Position numbers and translations under genes: made by a program. Shown piece by piece: positions 56,571 to 64,000 of a stretch of DNA of 64,000 bases. The stretch is taken from assembly GCF_009914755.1 (NCBI RefSeq), contig NC_060944.1, one strand, 5' to 3'. Source of the DNA: the human T2T-CHM13v2.0 reference genome, Homo sapiens. The notes beneath the pieces were generated by a model. The model had not been told where the DNA came from, did no database searches, and saw nothing but the letters and a program-made list of their open reading frames with translations. The stretch's first letter is position 1. Every line of letters starts with the position of its first letter.

Positions 56571-57539
56571 CACGAGAAATCTCCCCTGAGATCACAGACT
56601 TAAATTATGCTCCACATAATTCCTGAGTTTCTTAAAAGAAGAGGTGTTCCCATCCAGTGGGTCATTGCTCATTAACCCCAAAACCATCCCAGCTATTTTT
56701 ATAGAGGGAGTAAAGAATATGTGGGTTGATTTTTCAGGAAGAAATTTCCCATAGCAGAACCACTCTGAAGGCTGAGGTGTAGCACTGGTATAGGGTTCAT
56801 ATGCCTCAAAAATGTACTGTCTGCTACCTTTTCTCATAGGCAAGAAAAATAAAGCCGCAGAAGTGAAGAAATAAGATGGGCTTTACTCTCACCTCCAAGA
56901 TTGCAAAACATCAGTAGTATCTGCTCAAGAAATCTTTAACGTGCTTGAGGTAGGTCAGAGATGTTGTTTTTTAAAATGTCTGTGTGATCCTCTTACTTCT
57001 GCAAGACAAATTAATGCTGCAGAATAACTGGGGGAAAGAAAAAAATCTAGATCCATGTTCTGTTGGAATGCAGCTTGCTCTAATTGTTTTCTCATGTAAT
57101 TACATATATTACCAATATAATTACAAATAATACACATATTTGATTTGTGCAATTATAGAATAGTATATAATTTTTAAATGTGGTATGTTTCTTTCTACCC
57201 AAGATCCCTTTGTGAAGAAAATGATTTATCATTTCTAAAAATATGCCCCTGTGCATTATGTTTTAATAAAGCAAAAATTAGTAAATATTTGCCTTTCTTT
57301 TATATTTCAACAAAATAAACTTTGTCATGAAAATTCAAGTTTTAAAAGGCTCATTATATGCTTTGAAAAACTGCTTGCACTAGGTTAATTCTATTCACTG
57401 GAGAAAAGCCAACCAAATACTATGATTCTCAAGAAAGGTAATTATAACAGACAATGTATAAGGCACAGTCAAGGGAGGTATTTGAGAAGGCCTGGGATAG
57501 GAGGAAATAACACCTCAATGAATGGGTGAGGAACAGCCT

Positions 57540-57750
57540 ATTTAAGAGTGAAAGAGACAAGTGAGAAAACTGGGCTGTGTCCCTTATCAGTTGTGTGTCT
57601 TTGAGCAAGCAACTGAACCTCTCAGAACTTTCATGAAGTGGAGGTAATTTACCACCTCACTCATTGTACAGTTGTGAAAATTAAATGAGGTAACATGTGT
57701 GAAAGGCCCTAGCACTTTCTCACTTAGCAACCATGCATGTCACGTGGTAG
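57540..57750 (+). mobile_element. MIR
   Basis: gttgtgaaaattaaatgaggtaacatgtgtgaaagg. Confidence 0.75.
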
Positions 57751-58039
57751 ATGGTTCCTGCCGTAACAGCATAAATCATAACCCTCATCTACCATTACTG
57801 TATTTCTCTTTGCAAGATGACAGTTCACCAGATCTGCTGCACAGCATCTGGAACACCGTGGTCTCTAAGTCTCCCTTTTTGGAAGGTAAAATGGCAACAG
57901 CCTGCATTCATTCAAAGAGGAGACTTGTGAAGGGTCCAGGGAAGAAACGTGTGAACATCCGTGAGATGTGAAGGGAAATGCAGAATATTAAACTGTAAAG
58001 ACCAGAAAAGAATTTCCAGATAATCCTCATCTGACTAGT

Positions 58040-58290
58040 GACTCACACTGAGGTTCTATTGGATCCACGCAATAGAATCTTTGTTTAAAAACTTAGCCAA
58101 CATTTAAAATTAGGAGATTTCCCATAAAACCTTGGAAGTACACATTCTCATTCTGCAATGAGAAGCCTGGGTAAGGCTGGGCCCAAGATCCTCTATGGCA
58201 GCAACCGGCTGGAGCCAAGGAGTTTGCTCCCTAGGTAGCCACACTCGAAAGGCTGCCCTCTCCAGTGTTCATTATTTGCATAAGCTATGG
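58040..58290. mobile_element. MER102-like hAT element
   Basis: aacatttaaaattaggagatttcccataaaa...ctgggccc...atggcagcaaccggctggagc. Confidence 0.6.
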
Positions 58291-58364
58291 CACCCTGAGA
58301 CAAAAAATAAATAACACTCTCAAGTCAATCAACAGACAACACAGAACTGACCAGTAAAGGATAA

Positions 58365-58919
<555 letters not shown>

Positions 58920-59048
58920 TGAACCTCACATTTAAGAAGAGAATAAATGGATCACAGTGCATCTGAGATGTCCTGAAGACTCCATCTAAATATTCAAGAA
59001 TATGTATCTAATCTTAGCACTTCAGTGTGGTAAAAAATGGCATAGACT

Positions 59049-59357
<309 letters not shown>

Positions 59358-59601
59358 GGCATGGACTTCATGGCATAGGAACAGAAAGCTTCTAATAAAG
59401 AGAGTTAATAAAGAGGTGGGGGTGGGGGAATACCAACTTTCCTGGCAAGAAAACTGAGTCTTGGAAAGTTTTAGTAATTCATCTGAGAACTAGAAACTGA
59501 ATCCAGGAACTGACTCCAGATATGAATAAACAAACCATGTAGCCTTACTTTTCTAGTTACTTCCCTCCATAGGTACATCAAAATTAAGAAACCAAGAACT
59601 T

Positions 59602-60095
<494 letters not shown>

Positions 60096-62144
60096 TCATT
60101 CCTCGTCATGGAAACAACTATTTCATCAAATACCAGAACTGCTCAGAAAAAGCCTCTGTCTCATATTCAAGTTGAACCACAGGCTCAAAGACTAAGTAAA
60201 TAAGTGTACAACTACCTTGAAAAGTTAGCCAAGAAAAAAAAAATGGAAGGAAATATGCCAGAATATTGAAGTGGTTAACTGTGTAGTAGGAACACAAACA
60301 GATATCATTTTTGCTTCTGTCTTTTTCCCCTAGTATCTTTGTTTTCTCAAATGGGCTTGTATTACTTGTTTAAAATAATCTATAACTAGACAAGAAAAAA
60401 ATACATATGAATTCATTGCACACAAGTGATGGAGCTGAGTCAGGCATCTTGTCCTGATCTGGACCCACAGATCTATCTCAGTGTAGCTTAGCCCATTTTT
60501 GCCTTCTCTGCCCCCTGCTAGACTACGTGAGGTCTCCCCAATGCCTTGCCATCCCCACTGTGTGCCCCAATCTGAGCAGCAAGGTCCTCGGCACATAGTA
60601 GCTACCTAATAAACATTTATAAAGTGAATAAATTCATAGCATCTTGTATTTCCTTTCACACATTCTTCCTCTGGACCTGTCAATGTAGAGGATGATACTC
60701 AGGTGAATGATATTTCCTGGAAGATACTATACAATTAATTACCCTTGTAACCTCAAAAATCATATTTGAAATCAAATCTGCACAAGTGACAAGTAAAGGA
60801 TATAAAACATGGCATTCTCCTTAGCCTCTTAATTACATACTATATATCAAGCTTCTCCCAAGCTCTGAAAATGTCCCATTTAACATTCTACACTTGGCAT
60901 TCAATTGCAAAACCTGAAATGGAGATTGTATTACTTAAATACTTCCCGATTTTTTTTTTACCTACTTGTTCTACATTTTTACCCTTCAACCAGGTTTTAT
61001 CTACTCCCTGTTTCCCTCTTATGCTGTTGTATGCTAGCCAAGAAAATTTAGGGTAACACTCAATTGTTTAAATCCAGATATTTCCATTGTCCTAAGACCA
61101 AGGGGCATTTACCTAGTGCAAAACACATGAGTGAGTGGGCAAAGGCATGTTGAAGGCACACAACAGAATCATCCCTCTGACCATCCTCTCCATGAAGCTA
61201 ATATCTTGAGATACATAGTGGTCACCAATATATATAGTATGAATGAAACTTTGTTTAAAAAGTATGCATGTGTACAAACACAGATATGTTAATATATCCA
61301 TAGGAAAAAGTCAGAAAGGATACACACAGAATAGCAAATAATAATTAGCTTTGCATGAGGTGAAGTGGAAAAGCCAGTGGGCTAAGGAGGTAGAAATTTT
61401 TACTTATTTTCCATAATCTAGATAAATAAGGCAAAGGAACTATAAATGAATTGTTCTTATGTTTACCCTTTTATTCCAAATAAAAAAGTACTAAAATGGT
61501 ATGTAAGTGAGTGTGTTATCTGTATAAAGGTTAGTTCCCTGCCTTCAGGAGAAAAACACAGTATAAAATAATTCCAGAACTCACATTATACATTATTACA
61601 ACCACAGAGACAAAGAGGACTCTCCGGATACATAAATATATACCCATCCTATCTCCTCAAACAAATGGAAATCAGATTCAGACAACATGGCCTCAAGAAA
61701 GTCTCAATAAAGGTCGCATGCTACCATGCCACTATTTGGGTATTTGGTTCTGTTTATGGGAGGAGTTCTGTAAAAAGATTAGCGCAATCGGTCAATGTAA
61801 CTGCAGTGGGATTGAATTTCCACAGAGGCTGGCAACAAGCTCAGCACAGAGAAGGCAAGAGGATGAATAAATTATAGCAAGAACATGAGGTTCATAACCA
61901 GGAAAGAGGAGCGAATGAAGCCAGCCTCTCAGAATCAGGTGGCTTGTAGAGAAACCTCTAGAGATGGCTCCATCCCTCTCCCCAAAAAAAGAACTGCTGC
62001 AAGTTCCTTGCAGGTGAGAAGATACTCCAATTCTATATCTTCACGTCTTGGGGAAGGAAACACCCAAGTAGTAAATCCATTAATACTGTCCTTACAGGTG
62101 AGGTATTCCTGAAAACTGCTTAATTCCCCATAAAAGCATAAAAT

Positions 62145-62636
62145 TGTTTTCTTCTAATCATTTCATCATTTTGGGACTTATATTTAAGTCTTTAATCCAT
62201 TTTCAGTTGATTTTTGTACACGGTGAGAGATAAGGATCTAATTTCATTCTTCTGCATATGGATATCCACTTTCCCGAATACCATTTACTGGCAAGACTGT
62301 CCTTTCCCCATTGTGTGCTCTTGGCACTTTTGTTGAAAATCCATTGGCTGTAAATGCATGGATTTATTTATGGGTTCTCTATTCTCTTCCATTGGTTTAT
62401 GTGTCTATTTAATGCCAGTACCATGCTGCTTTAGTTACTACAGCTATGTACAGTATTTTGAAGTCAGGTAGTGTGATGCCTCCAGCTTTGTTATTTTTGT
62501 TCAAGATTGCTTTGGCTATTCAGGGACTTTTGTGATTCCAAACAAATTTTAGGAGTGTTTTTTCTATTTCTGTGAAGATCATCATTGGTATTTTCATAGG
62601 GATTACACTGAATCTTTAGATTGCTTTGGGTAGTAT
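62145..62636 (-). mobile_element. inverted 5' segment of an L1MA insertion
   Basis: antisense L1 ORF2: aagtctttaatccatttt...ccagtaccatgctg...ttgctttgggtagtat. Confidence 0.9.
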
Positions 62637-63860
62637 AAAACTACTAGAAGAAAACATAGGAGAAAAGCTCCATGACATTGGTCTGGGCAGTGATTTTTTT
62701 GGATATGACCTCAAAAGCAAATGGAATTGCATCGAACTAAAAAGCTTCTGCATGGCAAAGGAAACAATCAACAGACTGAAGAGACAACTCACAGAATAAG
62801 AGAAAATATCTGCAAACTATACATCTGATAAGGGGTTAATATTCAAACTATATAAGAAGTTCAAGCAATTCTATAGCAAGGAAATAACCTGATTTTAAAA
62901 TGAGCAAAAGACTCGAATAGACATTGATCCAAAAAAAAAGACATACAAATGGCCAACGGGTATATGAAAAAATGCTCAGCATCACTAATCATCAGGGAAA
63001 CGCAAATTACAACTACAACAAGATATCATCTCACTCCGTTAGAATGGCTTTCATCAAAATGACGAAAGAGAAGTGTTAGAGAGGATGTGGAGAAGATAGA
63101 ACCCTTATACACTGTTGGTGGAAATGTAAATTAGTACAGACATTATGAAAAACAGTATGGAGGTTCCTCAAAATATTAAAAATAGAACTGCCATATGATC
63201 CAGCAATCTCACTTCTGGGTATATATCCAAAGGAAATAAAATCAATATGTTGAAGAGATATCTGCATTCCCATGTTAGCCAAGATACAAAATCAATCTAA
63301 ATGTCCATCAGTGGATGAATGGATAAAGAAAATGTGGTAAATATACACAATGGAATACCATTCAGCCATATCAAGGATGAAGCCCTGTCACTTGCAACAA
63401 TGTGGATAAACCTGGAGGACATTATGTCAAGCAAAATAAGCCAGGCACAGAAAGACAAACACTGCATGATCTCACTCATATGTGGAATCTAAAAAAAAGT
63501 TGATCTCATAGAAGTAGACAGTAGAATGATGGTACGATTGGCTGGGATGGTTAGCAGGGAGAGGATGGGGGATGGTGGCCAAAAGATACATCATTACAGT
63601 TAGGAGAGAAATAACTTCAAGAGATCTATTGCACAGCATGGTGACTCTAGTTAATGATGATAAATTGTATTCTTGAAAAATGCAAACAGGGTGGATGTTG
63701 TGCTCTCACCACAAAAATGATAACTTTGTGAAGTAATGCATTTGTTAATTAGCTAGATTTAACCATTCTGCAATGTCTATATATGTCAAAACATCATGTT
63801 GTACATGATAAAAACATACAATTTTTTCTGTCGATTTAAAAAAAGAAATAAAACATTAAA
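62634..63860 (+). mobile_element. L1MA 3' segment (ORF2 end, 3' UTR, A-rich tail)
   Basis: ctactagaagaaaacatagg...gatccagcaatctcacttctggg...gttaattagctagatttaaccatt. Confidence 0.92.
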
Positions 63861-64000
63861 ATAAATTTTTTTAATGTAAATTGGTTTCTCACTCTTCAGA
63901 AATTAGCAGCCTGAGCCCTCACCACAAGACTTCCACATATGTGAAGGGAGCCAAGTCGCTTGTTCAGTTCCTCTCTTTTTAAAAATAATCCCTGTTCTCA

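Noticed and set aside
57817-57885. In-frame 69-nt + strand exon (DDSSPDLLHSIWNTVVSKSPFLEG) with an internal imperfect hairpin
   Set aside because: Weak AAG acceptor and GTAAAA donor, peptide not recognised, and opposite to the inferred host strand
63076-63479. ORFs within the L1
   Set aside because: Antisense readings of a decayed, truncated L1MA; ORF2 is broken by stops and deletions

Overview
Human-type (primate) non-coding genomic DNA. The evidence is about 19 Alu copies, including a near-consensus AluYa5, plus MIR, L2, L1, MaLR/ERV LTRs and hAT DNA transposons. I could not identify any protein-coding exon, structural RNA gene, CpG-island promoter or CRISPR array. The ORF track is explained by low-complexity DNA, Alu/L1 sequence or chance. 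Most L1 fragments lie on the + strand, which suggests (inference only) an intron of a minus-strand host gene that I cannot name. The most notable structures are: a ~1.45 kb pyrimidine/purine tract with a hidden 120-142 bp higher-order period; a highly homogeneous 8 x 43 bp minisatellite; a motif-dense enhancer-like block with two perfect TTACGTAA D-boxes; a twin-primed 5'-inverted L1MA; a young AluYa5 with perfect TSDs; a tRNA-Ile-derived relic flanked by splice signals; a short templated copy of an enhancer-like segment inside an L2; and several homeodomain-motif-rich, repeat-free blocks. The sequence does not support a claim of a new biological system; the findings are testable candidates. 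Repeat subfamily calls come from remembered consensus sequences, and boundaries of old repeats are approximate.
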